Positions 50,903 to 64,000 of a stretch of DNA of 64,000 nt are shown here, piece by piece; position 1 is the stretch's first letter; each line of letters begins with the position of its first letter. Both the position numbers and the translations under genes were made by a program. The notes under the pieces are model-generated. The model was not told the origin of the DNA, did no database searches, and saw nothing but the letters and a program-made list of their open reading frames with translations. Source of the DNA: Pseudovirgaria hyperparasitica (lineage: Eukaryota); assembly GCA_010093815.1 (NCBI GenBank), contig ML996583.1; one strand, given 5' to 3'.

Positions 50903-53900
50903 ATGTCTACGCCGGAGAATAAGTCCTATCTTTCGAGTGGGGTGGCCACCTTGTCGCCCTGGGGATCTCGAAGCGGCACACCGATTCTTGGTCAGACAAA
51001 GGAGGATTTGGAGGGAGATTCGAATCTTGGTAAACAAAGAGGTGGTGACCATACTGTGAGCAGTAGACATAGACTGAGCCTACAGAGCTATCCTAGGGAT
51101 ACTCCACCTCTCAACGTGCAGTGGTACCATGCCGTTGATGTACCAAAGAGGAAACCTCGATTTGGTTCAGATGCAAGCGATGCGCCTGAGAAGCTACCAC
51201 TGCCAAAGAAATGGGTTCCATTCTCTAAGGGAGATTCCCGTTCCATAGAGGCTCGGTATCAGAAACTGGCAGAGGAAGCCGAGACCCTCGAAAGAGAGCG
51301 CCTTGCCGGTCATACAAGCCCTTGGCAGAACAGCGTATCTGAAAGTACAGTACCAGTCAACGAAGATTACCTATTCGATGTTAACATTGACAAACGAGAG
51401 CTCGCCCCTGCTTATTGGCTTGGTCCGGTGTACTCCGTCGTCAGAGGTTCGTGGTTCTATCAAGAAGGGACTCGTCAGAGACCATGTGACGAAAATCTGG
51501 CAACACAGCTTGAAGAAGGCTATCTCAAACTAAGGCCTTGGCGATTCACTCCAGAACGGGAGACTCGACCTCTTCCACAACCACGTTCAAGACCGACGTC
51601 CTTGCGAGCAGACGAAGATACGGGTCGAGCATTAAGCCAGCTAAATAGGCACAATTTAACACCAAAGTCGTCCAACGAAACACTCAAACCACAGCCCACA
51701 CCTCCAAGCCCAGATCGACGAGGGGTCGACAAAGAACTAGGAGCCTCTGACCCGTCACCGATGAAGGCACATAGGCTTTTCGGCGCCTATATGAACTCAG
51801 TTGTGACGTACCAAGACGCAAATACTGCTTGGTTGCTAAGCGACACCTTTCTGTCTCAAGTCAGCAGTACCGTCTATCAAAGATTTGCTGGTGGCGGTCA
51901 TTTCGCCGGTATAAAGCTGACTCGCGGGTTCGTGGAGAAAGTGCAGGACACGAAGACCAAAAAACCCAGTGGAACTAATGCATCTCCGTCAGATAGTGAG
52001 GTAAGCGACGCCGAGGACGCCAATATGTCGAAAGACCACCAGGATAGCGAAGACGATACGCAGCCGACGTCGCCTTCAGAGATGCGCCGTAAGACTCTTG
52101 AACGTCAGCTTTCTTCTCTGGCAAATCAAGCAGATCCCGCTCAACAAGAGGAAGAAGTACGACGAAGAGAAGAAAAAGAGATAAGAGACGATTACAAGGA
52201 TGAGGGAGATGATCAGGATCGACCAATTGAGCACTTGTTGCTGTAAGTTCGCTATTGACTTTACGCTGCAGTGTCACTAATCTATGCAGTATCACGCATG
52301 GCATAGGCCAACGTCTGGGCCTCCGATTAGAGAGTGTGAATTTCGTGCATGATGTCAATACACTACGGAAAACCATGAAAGCTGTATATGCAAATTCGCC
52401 TGATTTGCAGTCATTAAACAGCGAGGTCGAGTCCCTCCCAAAGAACAGTCGCGTACAAGTTCTTCCTATATGTTGGCGCCATTTACTTGACTTCCCTAAA
52501 CAGAGCCTGAAGCACAATCGAAAAGAATTTGATCTGGGTGAAGCAGATTCAGAAGAACCCGAATATCCTAACCTTGATGACATTACTATTGAAGGGGTGC
52601 CAGCCGTGCGCAATCTCATAACCGATCTAGCCTTGGATATTCTGCTTTACCAAAGTCCAGCTTACAAGGCACACATATCGAGGATCGTCCTACAAGAGTG
52701 CAATAGAATCCACAAACTATTCAAGCAGAGGCACCCATCTTTTAATGGTAAAGTTAGTCTGGTCGGACATAGCCTTGGTTCGGCGATCATGTTCGATCTC
52801 CTTTGTAAGCAAGAAGAAGACGAACAGTACCCCACAAAGCATCAAAATCGGAATCACCGACACCGTAAAGCAAGAGAAGATGTTTTGAAGTTCGACTTTG
52901 ATGTCGACTCGTTCTACGCTCTTGGAAGTCCGATTGGGCTCTTCCAAATGCTACGAGGTCGCACTGTGGCTGCGAGACAAACGTCCTTTCGCCCAGCTCA
53001 GACTCCAGGAGACCCTATGGATGATCCTTTCATGGCATCATCGCCAGCCGTGGAGAGCTTCGATCTCGTTGTATCATCGCCGAAATGTCAAGCAATATAC
53101 AACAGTAAGCATATGCCCATCACCCTCGTTCTGACCCAATATGACAATGGCAGGCAAAACTAACAGATCGACAGTCTTTCATCCTACAGATCCAATCAGT
53201 TACCGAATCGAACCACTTATCTCACCAGCCATGTCTACGTTGAAGCCACAGCCCCTACCGTACACTAAGAGGGGAATTTTCGGGGCGCCTGTCGGTGGCG
53301 GTCTCAGTGGTATCGGCCAGAGAGTTGGGGCGAGTGTGTCTGGCTTCTTCTCAAACTTCGGCACTGGAATTGCTAGCAGCCTCCTCAATCGCAGCCTTGG
53401 CTATTCTGGAGATGATGGAAAAGGAGCTCAGAGCGCGAAACAGCTTTCACGTGCACCGCCTTCTATGGCTGCAGCCAATCGTGGCAGGTCCTCCTCATCT
53501 GCCCTATCAACAGGTGACGGTAGCTCTCAGTCAAATGGAGAAACACAGCGCCGGCTGACTTTGAGTACCGGAGAAATTGGCGAGCACCCCGCGACTTTGA
53601 TAGACTCTGAACTGGAAACCTTGTATGCCGGCTTCCAGAAGAGGCGGAAGAGTCAGCAGGAGGAAGACAGGGAGCTCGATGAGCAGAGTGCAGAATGGGC
53701 AGAGCTTGAGGAGCGAAGCCGGAAGTTACGAAGAGAGGAGGCCAAAGTACGAGCGTTGAATCCCAACGGGCGCGTAGATTACTCCATCCAGGAAGGAGCA
53801 TTTGACATTTCGCTCATAGCAAGTATCGCCAGCCATCTCTCATACTGGGCCGACGAAGATGTCTCACACTTTACACTGTCCCAGTTGTTATCGAGACAGC

Positions 53901-53959
53901 GGGTCTTGAAGCAGAAAGTAGAGGGGAACAAAGACCCAAGGCAGTCGGACAAAGCATAG
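50903..53959 (+). CDS. DDHD-domain phospholipase A1 (Ddl1-like), introns 52243-52289 and 53105-53174; possible upstream in-frame ATG at 50642
   Basis: VPVNEDYLFDV, THGIGQ, lipase GHSLG, NIFHPTDPISYRIEPL and SHLSYW. Confidence 0.9.
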
Positions 53960-54262
53960 CTGGGAGTAGCAAGGGGGTTATAGACCTAATGTAGCATCTT
54001 GGATACATGTGAGAGTTACACCTCAGAGGTAATTACCTCATATTGGTAGTAGTGCATCTCGAGACTATGTCTATGTTACTGGATAGAACTAAGTAGAGTA
54101 GGGAAACAAAGGAGTTGCAGCCCTGGAGGTGAGGGGGTGGCATGACGCAATTCTGTGGAGATGTTTGCCCTCCTACGCCACTTGTAGAGATATTCTACAA
54201 CAGCACCCATTCTCTGAACCTTTCCAATCATAACCATAAAGAATTGGACAGCAAATTATAAG

Positions 54263-55552
54263 ATGCCAGCAACTAAAGTATTCCTGTGAGCTTCGCATAT
54301 AAGATTATTTTTGGGCCAAACCCTCACACTACTTTAGGACAGGCATCACAGGCTACATTGGCGGAGACATCTTCCACGTCCTTCACGACAAACACCCGGA
54401 TTGGACATACAGCGTCCTCGTCAGATCGCAGGACAAGGCTGATAAGATCAAAGCAGCTTTCCCAGATGTGCGAACCGTGTTGGGCGACCTGGACAATTCC
54501 GCGATCCTGACCGAGGAGAGCTCCGGCGCCAATATCGTTATTCGTAATTAACACAGTCCTATGCTCGACAACGCACTTTTGCTGACAAGTCATCCAATAC
54601 AGATACAGCCGATGCATCCGACCACGCAGGTGCCGCCAGAGCCATTGCAGAGGGCATCCTGAAGGGCCACAGCAGTGAGAACCCAGGCTACTATCTTCAC
54701 ACCTCCGGCACAGGCATCCTCACATACACCGACTCCGAAGCCGACCGCTACGGCGAGCCCACCGACAAGATCTACGACGACTGGGAAAACGTCGACGAGC
54801 TGACCCATCTCCACGATTCCGCTTTCCACCGGGACGTCGACAAGATTGTCCTCGACGCAGGCATCCGCCACGCAGACGTTGTCAAGACGGCAATCGTATG
54901 CCCACCGACCATCTACGGTGAGTTTTTTTAGCTTCCGCAACACAAAGACACTTTGAAATTCGCTTCCATCAGTTTCCTTTCTGGTCATCATCATCAAATA
55001 TGAAACATCCTGACTGAACAAAACAAATCAGGGGCTGGCCGCGGACCCATCTCGTCGCGCAGCCGGCAGGTCCCCGAACTCGCAAAATGCACACTCAAGC
55101 TGCACAAAGCGCCCGTTGTCGGCTCTGGCAAGGCCACGTGGAACAATGTACACATTCACGACCTCTCGGAGCTGTACCTCCTGCTCGCCGAGGCCGCAGC
55201 ATCGTCAGACAACAAGCACAACGACCACGCACAGCTATGGGGTGCCAAAGGCTACTTCCTTGCCGAGAACGGCGAGCACGTATGGGGCGAGCTAGCGAGA
55301 GAGATAGCGACCGTGGCGGTGCAGAAGGGATACATCCCGGCGCCGGCGCAGACGCGCGCGATGGGCAAGGATGAGGCATGGGAGACGGCTGATTTCCAGG
55401 CGTTGAGTTGGGGCTTGAATTCGAGGGCGAAGGCGAAGAGGGCGAGGGAAGTATTGGGATGGGCGCCGAAAGCGCCTGCGTTGGTGGATGAGGTTCCTGA
55501 TATTGTTGATGTGGAGTATCAGCTCTTGCAAGAGAACCAGAAGAAAGGGTGA
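54263..55552 (+). CDS. NAD(P)-binding epimerase/dehydratase-like protein, introns ~54286-54337, 54544-54602, 54918-55031
   Basis: Spliced Rossmann start MPATKVFLTGITGYIGG, then HTSGTG, IVCPPTIYG and WNNVHIHDL. Confidence 0.85.
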
Positions 55553-55802
55553 TTGAGAATGACTTGGCGCTGTTGTGGTGTTGGGAAGAAGGTTGCGATT
55601 GTAAGGGGTACTACGGGTCAGGGTTGATATATACAAGTCAGGGGGCGACAGCTTATAGACATTAGGTACAATAGCACACTGTGCTAGTACTGTGAACGTC
55701 TCCTGGGAACATAGAGTCCGGCTACTATGTGGTCTCCATATCTGCGTCTTTTGTCCCTTCGATCACAAATCCTGCCCAGCTCATCGTCCGTACTTTTTTA
55801 GT

Positions 55803-56951
55803 TTAGCAGCTGACATGGATCGCTGTTATTAAAAAAAACTGTTAGTATACGTAATGACAACGTAGAATCAAGGAATCTACTGACCGCTGGCAAAATGTGT
55901 ATAAGTATCCGCATGATTGAGGTTCTTGTCCGCAGGCAAGCTCTTCACAAAGTCATACCCATATCCATTGTAATCGTCAGTCCCCTTGACAACCCCCAGA
56001 TGTGTCGACTCATGCAGCAACGACCCGGCGCGATCCTGAACCCGGCACTCGGACGAGAGCGCAGGCGCCTGGTCGAAGAAATAGTCGCAGAACACAATGT
56101 AGTTTGTGTCCGTTTGTGTATAGCCAAGATTGCCATTACATACGTGGTCCACATCGGAGCAGTATATCTTCGAGGACCCGCTCGCCATACTGTCACACTG
56201 CTCCGCGACCCGGCCGAGCACGTCCTGCACCGTCTTGACCGTGGACGCGCTGGCCGACTTGAAGAATTCCTCCATCTTGTCGGGCCTGCTGCCCGCGGCC
56301 TTCTGCGCGGCGATCGCCAGGGCACGGCTGTCTTCGAGCGCGGCGCGTATGATTTCCAGCCTGCTGCCGGTGCAGTCGGACTGGATGAGAGTGCGCTTCT
56401 CGCGCAGCTTGGCGTGAGCGGCCGCAGCGACGGAGCCGTCAACGTTGGTTGTGATTCTGTTTGTGGCAAACGGGACGATGTTGCCTAGCTGGTCGACGAA
56501 TGCGCCCTGGGCGACGACGTCAAAGGGCCCGCCTGCGGTGAGGTTGTGCGTGTGCGCAACGTCGAATGTCTTCTCGATGGTCTGGCCTGGGGCTATGGCC
56601 TGGTAGGCGTGCTCGGAGATGTTGTTGGAGGTAGCGATCATGAAACGCAGGCCATGAAAGGGGATCTTATCGCCTGTGGGAAGGGAGGTTAGTATCAGAG
56701 AGAGTGTCAGGACGGATACTATGCGTACCTCCTTGGAAGACATCGACTTTCTCGACAGGGGTGTCGTCGAGAATTGTTCCTGTCTTGAAAAGCTTGAGAT
56801 CCGTCGCACCGGTGTTGGTCAAGGAGGCCTTGATGCCAGAATTGCCCGTGGGCTCGAGTGTCACTTCTAGAGGAGTGTTACGGCTGGCGAGGTCAACAGA
56901 CGCTGCGCTTACCAGAGCAGCAGCGACCGGAATGGCAGCGAAGAAACGCAT
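55803..56951 (-). CDS. Deuterolysin / neutral protease 2 (peptidase M35), introns 56728-56674 and 55884-55823
   Basis: Signal peptide, propeptide ending in KR, HESTH zinc motif with downstream GTDD, and a Cys-terminated last exon (AIHVSC). Confidence 0.92.
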
Positions 56952-57825
56952 GGCTATTTGAACTAGACGGAGTGGTGACCTGTTTCTTCTCGAACTGCGC
57001 AATTCTTGGAGCCTGGTCTCGCCGTCAACATGCTCCAGCCGGTCTCCTTATATGCATCGTGGTGGAAAGGCCTGTGCCGAAGGCTCTAGTAACACTTGAT
57101 ATTGAGGGGGTACACGCCCTGCTGGGCTCTCAATCACTATCTGCTCAGTGCTGTACGGCCCCAGGGAATACCATCTACAACGCTACCCAACAGACGGGAG
57201 GGCAGGGTTTAGCCAAGATATCAAAGGGATAGCAGAGTCCCTTTGCTATGGCTCAATTAGATATGAGAGAAGTGGAGCTTCGAAATCATAAATACGTCGT
57301 TTCGCACTTCCATCGTATCTTCGGAACTTGTCAAACTGTTACACTGTTTGTTTCGCTGCGGCAAGTCCGAACATATCCGGTTGCCCAATCTCGCCGATTC
57401 GGCAGATTGAGATGAGAGATGCGGGCCGTTGTCTTGTCCGATGAAACAGATTACTACCCCAGTTGGGCACTCTTGGCATTTTCGTTCTGGAAAGTCTTGG
57501 TACATCTTGGCCTGCCCAGGTTCTCTCGCGTACCGTTGGAAGGCTTGAATGATTAAGGTTGGGCTTGGCAACATTTATCATGAACATTCTGACCACTTCG
57601 TTTCTAGTGTATCAACAATATAGAAAGAACATCGTCACCATGAGAAACTATTGCATCCATTGCACTACCTAGACTATGAACCTTGCCATTTAAGCAAAGA
57701 CCTAATCTATGCTAACATTCAAAAATCCCAAATCTCCCCCTCCCTTAATAGCCCTTTCTCCAGCACGTTCCCTCAGATATATTACTTCCTACCCACGTTT
57801 CATGTTTCGCTCAGGCCAGGGCTGG

Positions 57826-58119
57826 CTATCGAACCTTTCTTTTACGCCGTGCTAGCTGAGTGTTTAGGTCATTGCCTGAGCTGGCGAGCTGCTTTTGACG
57901 GGCTTGGTATTCGTCGTGCGTTACCCAAAAATCTATTTTCTTTTGAGTTGAGGTGGGTCGGGTGGGAGAGGTCTGCGCGGCTGGCTCCTGAGTGTTCTCG
58001 TTGTTCTTTTCGTTGTTGTCGTTATTGGCTGGGGAAGGTGATGAGGTTTGCGAAGTCTCGGTCTCGGTCGGTGGGAGACTTTGCTCGGTTTTTGATGCAG
58101 GGTCATTGTTGACGTCCAT
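57826..58119 (-). CDS. Small hydrophilic hypothetical protein, 97 aa
   Basis: ATG in an A-rich context (GAAATGG) and TATATAAAG ~90 nt upstream on the minus strand. No recognised family. Confidence 0.45.
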   Translation of the reverse strand: MDVNNDPASKTEQSLPPTETETSQTSSPSPANNDNNEKNNENTQEPAAQTSPTRPTSTQKKIDFWVTHDEYQARQKQLASSGNDLNTQLARRKRKVR

Positions 58120-58926
58120 TTCTTTTCTGTGGAATTATGATAGTTCACGGGTTGGGTTCGCAGACTTTCTGAGTACTTTGCAAGTCGAATGCACCTTTCC
58201 AATTGTACTTTATATACCCAGTCTCGCATCTGTCCAGTGTGAAGGAAGGGCTATACAATGCTGCCAATGGTGCCGGCGATACACAATGCTAGCAATGGCG
58301 CCGGCGATACACAATGTTGTGTCTCTCTTCAGCGTCAGGAGGACTATGTAACGCTTGTTGCTTTGAACGCGTAATTGGACAACGTGGTATCCACCCTATC
58401 CCATCGTCACTCATCACTACTGTTACTGAGTGAGACTGTAGTATCACATCAGAGGCTGCACTCGCAGCAAGGTATTGTATCAGGAAAATTCCACGGCAAT
58501 TGGCGAGATAAACAGGTGGATATAGTACAGACGTGCGAGTCCAGAATTCAAGTCCGATACGACCTCATAGAAGTATCTCCCAAATCTCCTGAAAATCCGT
58601 CTTAGTAGTGTGTACAAAGTATGATGATGATGCCAGTTTCGTCATGGTCATTCGGTCATAATCCGGTGCTCCCTCTTCGAAAGTGTTTGATAGGCCCAAC
58701 ACCATAGATCCCGTATGAACAAATCGTCCCTTTCCGAATCTCCCCAACGCCAACGCGAAGGCCAATCTTCGATGAGCCCCATTTCAAAATAACGCACTCG
58801 AACTTGTCTTGCTCTCAAATCATGCCTTCCTAGACCGCGCAGACCCGGAGGCAGACGAAGAGCCAGTACTGCGGGATCCTGTTAGTCGCGACACATTACC
58901 AAATTCACCACCATGTGTATTCGGAC

Positions 58927-59328
58927 TTACGACGCCTTCTGCTCCTTCGTCAACTTCTTCCCTGCTGACTTGTCGTCCTGCATCCAGCCCATGACGGGGC
59001 TCTTGTACGCCGGAAACGAGGCATTATTCCACACGTTGACAAGCACATTCTGCGTCTTGTCCGCATAGTCCTCGTCCCGCACCTCCTTGACGCCGACCTT
59101 CATGCCGTCCTTTGTGAAGGTGACGTTTTTCTTCTCCATGTTCTTCAGGCCCTTGTCTTTGAGGTCGTTGGCGTAGAGGTACATCTGGTAAAATGAATGT
59201 TAGCTCTTTCTCTGCAAGAGAAGAGACAGTAAGAGAAAGAAAGGACGGACCTGGTAGCCAACATAGGCCATCGCTCCGATAACACCGAAGAGAATGACGA
59301 GCGGTATCAGTCTCCAAAAGGCACCCAT
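58927..59328 (-). CDS. Small single-pass membrane hypothetical protein (~111 aa), intron 59250-59185
   Basis: MGAFWRLIPLVILFGVIGAMAYVGYQ TM exon joins in frame to MYLYANDL...KDGMKVGVKEV. Biased codon usage. Confidence 0.8.
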
Positions 59329-60264
59329 TCTGGCACTGTTGTATCCTGACGTGCGATCTGTGGTAGTGATATATGCCGATAGCCTCGCGCAGAATATAGC
59401 CAAAAGCACGGCAGTCGATTCCGACGTATGCGCAGGACTCAAAGTCTCGTGTGTTGGTATGACGCTGTGCTCTCGGTATGTATGTCAAGGAGATCGGATC
59501 GCATTCGACGAGTACTATGATCAAGGGAATGTCGAATATCTGGCAAGATGCTAAGGCAAAAAAGTTGAAGGCAGGCGACCCTGGAAATGTGATTGAGAGA
59601 CACAGGACAGGATATCCCAGACACTCTCGGATATAGATCCCAACCCAGCACAAATCGTCGCAGCACGCTGAAACGGGTCGTTGCGCGCATGGGTGGCGCG
59701 AGCCGCGACTAACGGCGGCAGTCGATTGGTGGGGTCTCGCCTCAGCTCAGAGCTTGGTGGGGGTTGAGTGGTGGGGCTTAAGATTGCTTGTGACAGGCGG
59801 TTTTCTTGCATAACTGAACATGACTATAGCATGGCTGAATGTCTTGGATATGTCTATCATTGTGCCACGCACACACTGGGACGAGACACGGCCAGCTACG
59901 AAGTTCGACATTATTGAAAGCACATAGCATCATATATTGAACAACGCTACTTCATGAAATCGTGACTACCGAGGAGTGAACGCTACTATGAGAAGATGTG
60001 AAATACTACTACTGGAAGAATGTAGCAAAGTTGGATTTGTACATATATATAAAAATATAGTGACAGTCCCGAGCACACCTTGTTGTACTATGCCGCTATT
60101 CATATACGACCAAAGCGTGGCACTTCTGTCGCTGTGGTCTAACGAAGCCACTGTTCATTCGTCCGGAAAGATGTCGAGCATCACAGAATCATGCAGTATT
60201 GGCACAAGGGACTGGACAGGCTGGACATGACGTATATCTGCAACTATGTTTTTGAAATGTCTAG

Positions 60265-61660
60265 CTAGACGAATGCCTGCAGACCTGTGATGGCTCGGCC
60301 TAGAATAAGAGCTGTGAACGATTAGCATAAGTCAAACAAACAAAAGCATATGAATACTCACAGTGGATATCACTCTGGCCCTCATAAGTCTGCGTCACGA
60401 ACAGATTCGCCACATGTCTTCCAATATGATATTCATCACTGACAGCATTGCCACCAAAGATCTCCTGCAGATTTCTCGTATTGATCAGTGCACGATCGCA
60501 ATTCTGCCTCTTAATCATTGAGATCATCTCTGGCGCGGCCTTGCCCTCGTCCTTTAATCTACCAACCTGATATGCGGCCAAGATGCCATATGCCGCATCC
60601 GTTGTGGCGTCTGCGAGCTTCTTCTGCACCAACTGGTACTTGGCGATCGGGTTGCCCTTGAACTGCTTCCTCTCAAGAGCATACTCCCGCGCGCGAGCAA
60701 TCGCATCTTCCAGTGCGCCCATCGTACCCCACGCAATCCCATATCGTGCAGAATTCAGACACGAGAACGGACCGCGCAGACCCTCCACCTCGGGGAACAT
60801 GTTCCCTTCCGGCACCGGACACTCGTCCATCTGAATCATGCCCGTCAGAGAAGCCCTCAGCCCATTCTTGTTCTTGATTGCCGGCGTCTCCAGCGTGCCG
60901 GGCGGACAGAGCTCTCTCTCAACGACAAACCCGCGGATCTTCCCCGTGCTCTCCAGCTTCGCCCACACAAGCAGCACATCCGCAATCGGACTGTTCGTGA
61001 TCCACGTCTTACTCCCGCTGAGCGAGTAATACCCCTTCTTGCTCGGATGCGGCTTCGCGACCGTCTCCATGCTTCCCGGGTCCGAGCCGTGGTTTGGCTC
61101 GGTGAGGCCGAAACACCCTATGCTCTTGCCAGACGCGAGTTTGGGCAAGAGCCGCTCCTTCAGCTCCTCAGTGCCGAACTCCTCGATGCCGCCCATGGCA
61201 AGCGAGGATTGCACGGACATGCCGGAGCGGTACCCAGAGTCGACTCGTTCGACGGCGCGGGTGATGAGTCCGGACGCGACGCTGGACACGCCCGCACAGC
61301 CGTATCCCTTGATTGTGGCGCCAAGGAGACCGAGCTCGCCCATTTCTTCGAGGATCTTGGGGTCGTAGTGCTCGTCGCGATAGGCGTCTGTAAGGTATAC
61401 ATTGTCAGCGGCAGTACTTCTTATGTTCTAGAAGTGGAATTACCGAGTACACGCGGGAGCATACGCTCCTGGCAGTACGACTCCGCGGTCTCTGCTATGG
61501 CGAGCTCATCTTCGGTGTATAGGTTGCTGGCCCCAAGAGGGTCCTTCCAGTCGAATGCCGCGGGGGTGCTGGCGTGGCGACGCTGCTGTTGTTGTACGGC
61601 GGCTCGGGAGGTAGAGGACGTCAATTGCCTTGCGGCACGTGTGCATACTGGTCGGAACAT
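60265..61660 (-). CDS. GCDH: Mitochondrial glutaryl-CoA dehydrogenase, introns 61443-61388 and 60361-60312
   Basis: Arg/Ser-rich presequence, FDWKDPL, ERVDSGYRS, FGLTEPNHGSDP and TYEGQSDIH|SLILGRAITG. Confidence 0.93.
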
Positions 61661-61976
61661 CCTGTAGCCAAGAGAATTATATACAGAAGATGTAAGGATA
61701 GAGAGTTTGAAGCAAGCGTGAAGACCATTTCAGCCGGACTCGGCATACTATGACGAGTATCGGCTAGCTAGTCGAGATGCCTCGGAGCTCTGTCGTTTTC
61801 ATGTAGAGACTGTTGTACTATATGAAAATGGAGTCCAAAACCTGAGATACATGATTGAATAATGCGCTCGAACCAGAGTATAACAATTCCAGTGACCAAT
61901 CAAAGCAGTGCGGGACTTGAGATTGTGAAAATGCAAGTGAACGTGATGATCATCCTTGCAGGTAGGGCTGGGGTCG

Positions 61977-62041
61977 ACGCGCTAAGCCATTTACGGGCAT
62001 AATTAGGTACTTGCCTCCTACTGTACGCGACTCCGACGCGA
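61977..62041 (+). promoter_or_regulatory. MCB-like ACGCG cluster upstream of FEN1
   Basis: ACGCG at 61977, 62025 and 62036. Confidence 0.45.
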
Positions 62042-62135
62042 CTGGCGTCATGATTTCTGCTTGCTCTATACATGTCTTCCAGGAAGACGACTCACCAATC
62101 GTGACAAACCTCGCACGTGCGGACCTTCAGTTAAG

Positions 62136-63429
62136 ATGGGTATTAAGAGTAAGTTTTCTGTCCCCTACTCTGATTCTCACAATAACGTCTTCAGATCTCT
62201 TCCAGATCATCAAGGAGAATGCTCCCGATGCCGTCAAAGAGGGCGACATCAAAAACCAATTCGGCCGCAAGGTCGCAATTGACGCGTAAAGCTCACCTTC
62301 TGCAATACTCATTCCTTTATGCTCCTTAACTGATGTCGCGCTGTACAGCTCCATGTCCATCTACTCCTTCCTCATTGCCGTGCGCTCCGACGGCCAACAA
62401 CTCATGTCTGACACGGGCGAAACCACCTCACACATCATGGGCATGTTCTACCGCACACTCCGCATGGTCGACGCCGGTATAAAGCCGCTTTACGTCTTCG
62501 ACGGTGCTCCACCAAAGCTCAAATCCGGTGAATTGGCAAAGCGCTTCCAGCGCAAGTCCGAAGCGCAAGAAGCACACGAGGAGGCAAAGGAGACGGGAAC
62601 TGCTGAAGAGGTCGAGAAGTTTAGTCGTCGCACGGTGCGTGTCACGCGCGAGCATAACGCCGAGTGCCAGCGTCTGCTGAAACTCATGGGCGTGCCGTAT
62701 ATCGTTGCACCGACGGAGGCAGAGGCGCAGTGTGCGGTGCTGGCCAAGGGCGGGAAGGTGTTTGCGGCGGCGAGCGAGGATATGGATACGCTGACGTTTG
62801 ACGCGCCGGTGCTGCTACGACACCTGACATTCAGCGAGCAGCGCAAAGAGCCGATCCAGGAGATACATTTGGAAAAGGTGCTAGAGGGCCTCCAGATGGA
62901 CCGCAAGCAATTCATAGACATGTGTATTCTGCTCGGGTGTGACTACGTGGATCCGGTCAAGGGCATTGGCCCGAGCACGGCACTGAAGCTGATACGCGAG
63001 CATGAGACGCTGGAGGGTGTGGTAAAGTTCTTCGAGTCCTCAAAGAAGTACACTCTACCAGAAGATTGGCCGTATCAGGATGCGCGTTTGCTGTTCCTCG
63101 AGCCAGATGTTCGCTCAGTGGACCACCCGGATTGTGACTTTAAGTGGGAGGCGCCGGACACGGAGGGACTTGTTAAGTTTCTCGTTGAAGAAAAGGGCTT
63201 CAACGAAGATCGAGTGCGCAACGCTGCAGCAAGACTATCGAAGAACTCAAAGAGCGCTCAGCAGAGTCGACTCGAGGGCTTCTTCAAACCCGTCGAGAAG
63301 ACGGCAGAGCAGAAGGAGAGCTTGAAGAGGAAGAACGATGCAAAGGTCGAAGAGAAAAAGAAGAAACAAAAGCAAGAGGCAAAGGCTAAAAAGGATGCCA
63401 AAGCCAAACCACGAGCTGGTGGTGCTTGA
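62136..63429 (+). CDS. FEN1: Flap endonuclease 1, introns 62149-62194 and 62286-62348
   Basis: MGIK start, [32 protein letters not shown] and PIP box QSRLEGFF. Confidence 0.97.
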
Positions 63430-63852
63430 GACCAACCCTGCGAGGCCGAATTTTCTGTGGCCAGGCCACTTTGAGTCATGGCGTTTTTAAGGAACACTTA
63501 GGAATGGCGTTATGTGGTGGTTCTATATACTAACAGTCGGGCATGCGAACAGGAATGATTCACTGAGTTTCAGCATGACCTAAGTCACAGTGATAGTATG
63601 TATGACTGACATACATTATGAATCAATGGAAGAAGCGATATCAAGTCACCACCTGCATGGAGAGGAACTAGGCAGATATATGGTTAACATCTATACACAG
63701 ATAATCTGATTATTCCATTTCAAAGACGCCAGCCTGTCTCAATTGTTTCCTCAAGTCGCGTAGCGAACTATCCTATTCCGTTGAGCGATACGCTATTCAT
63801 TACATTCTGTACCTAGATTTCCTTCATGCGACCTTCACTAGTCTGTTGTCGC

Positions 63853-64000
<148 letters not shown>

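Noticed and set aside
60244..60267. GCDH stop TAG-CTAG readthrough context giving a cryptic PTS1
   Set aside because: The extension would end in SKT, which is not a PTS1, and the known motif uses TGA.

Overview
Eukaryotic nuclear DNA from a filamentous ascomycete. Short GT-AG introns with CTRAC branch points are seen directly; a Dothideomycete-like origin is inferred from the proteins. About 19 protein genes can be assembled by hand: a cytochrome P450, WDR5/Swd3, Isc1, an Lte1-like RasGEF, Ras2, a CIR-N/LENG1-like protein, Sld2, Atg26, a CorA/Alr Mg transporter, a secreted protein, a pyruvate decarboxylase-family enzyme, a DDHD phospholipase, an NAD-binding epimerase-like protein, deuterolysin, two small proteins, glutaryl-CoA dehydrogenase, Fen1 and the 3' end of Pep4. 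I recognised no tRNA, rRNA, transposon ORF or CRISPR array. The left half has large non-coding gaps rich in simple repeats, plus one 20-N assembly gap. The most striking unexplained signal is the ~6.6 kb gap between the P450 and Swd3 genes. It has no credible protein ORF but carries many nested long-range complementary segments, with G-U wobbles favouring the + strand, forming kb-long arms. This suggests a very large structured non-coding RNA with a telomerase-RNA-like layout, though no convincing TTAGGG template is visible. All pairings were found by eye and need folding, covariation and expression tests.
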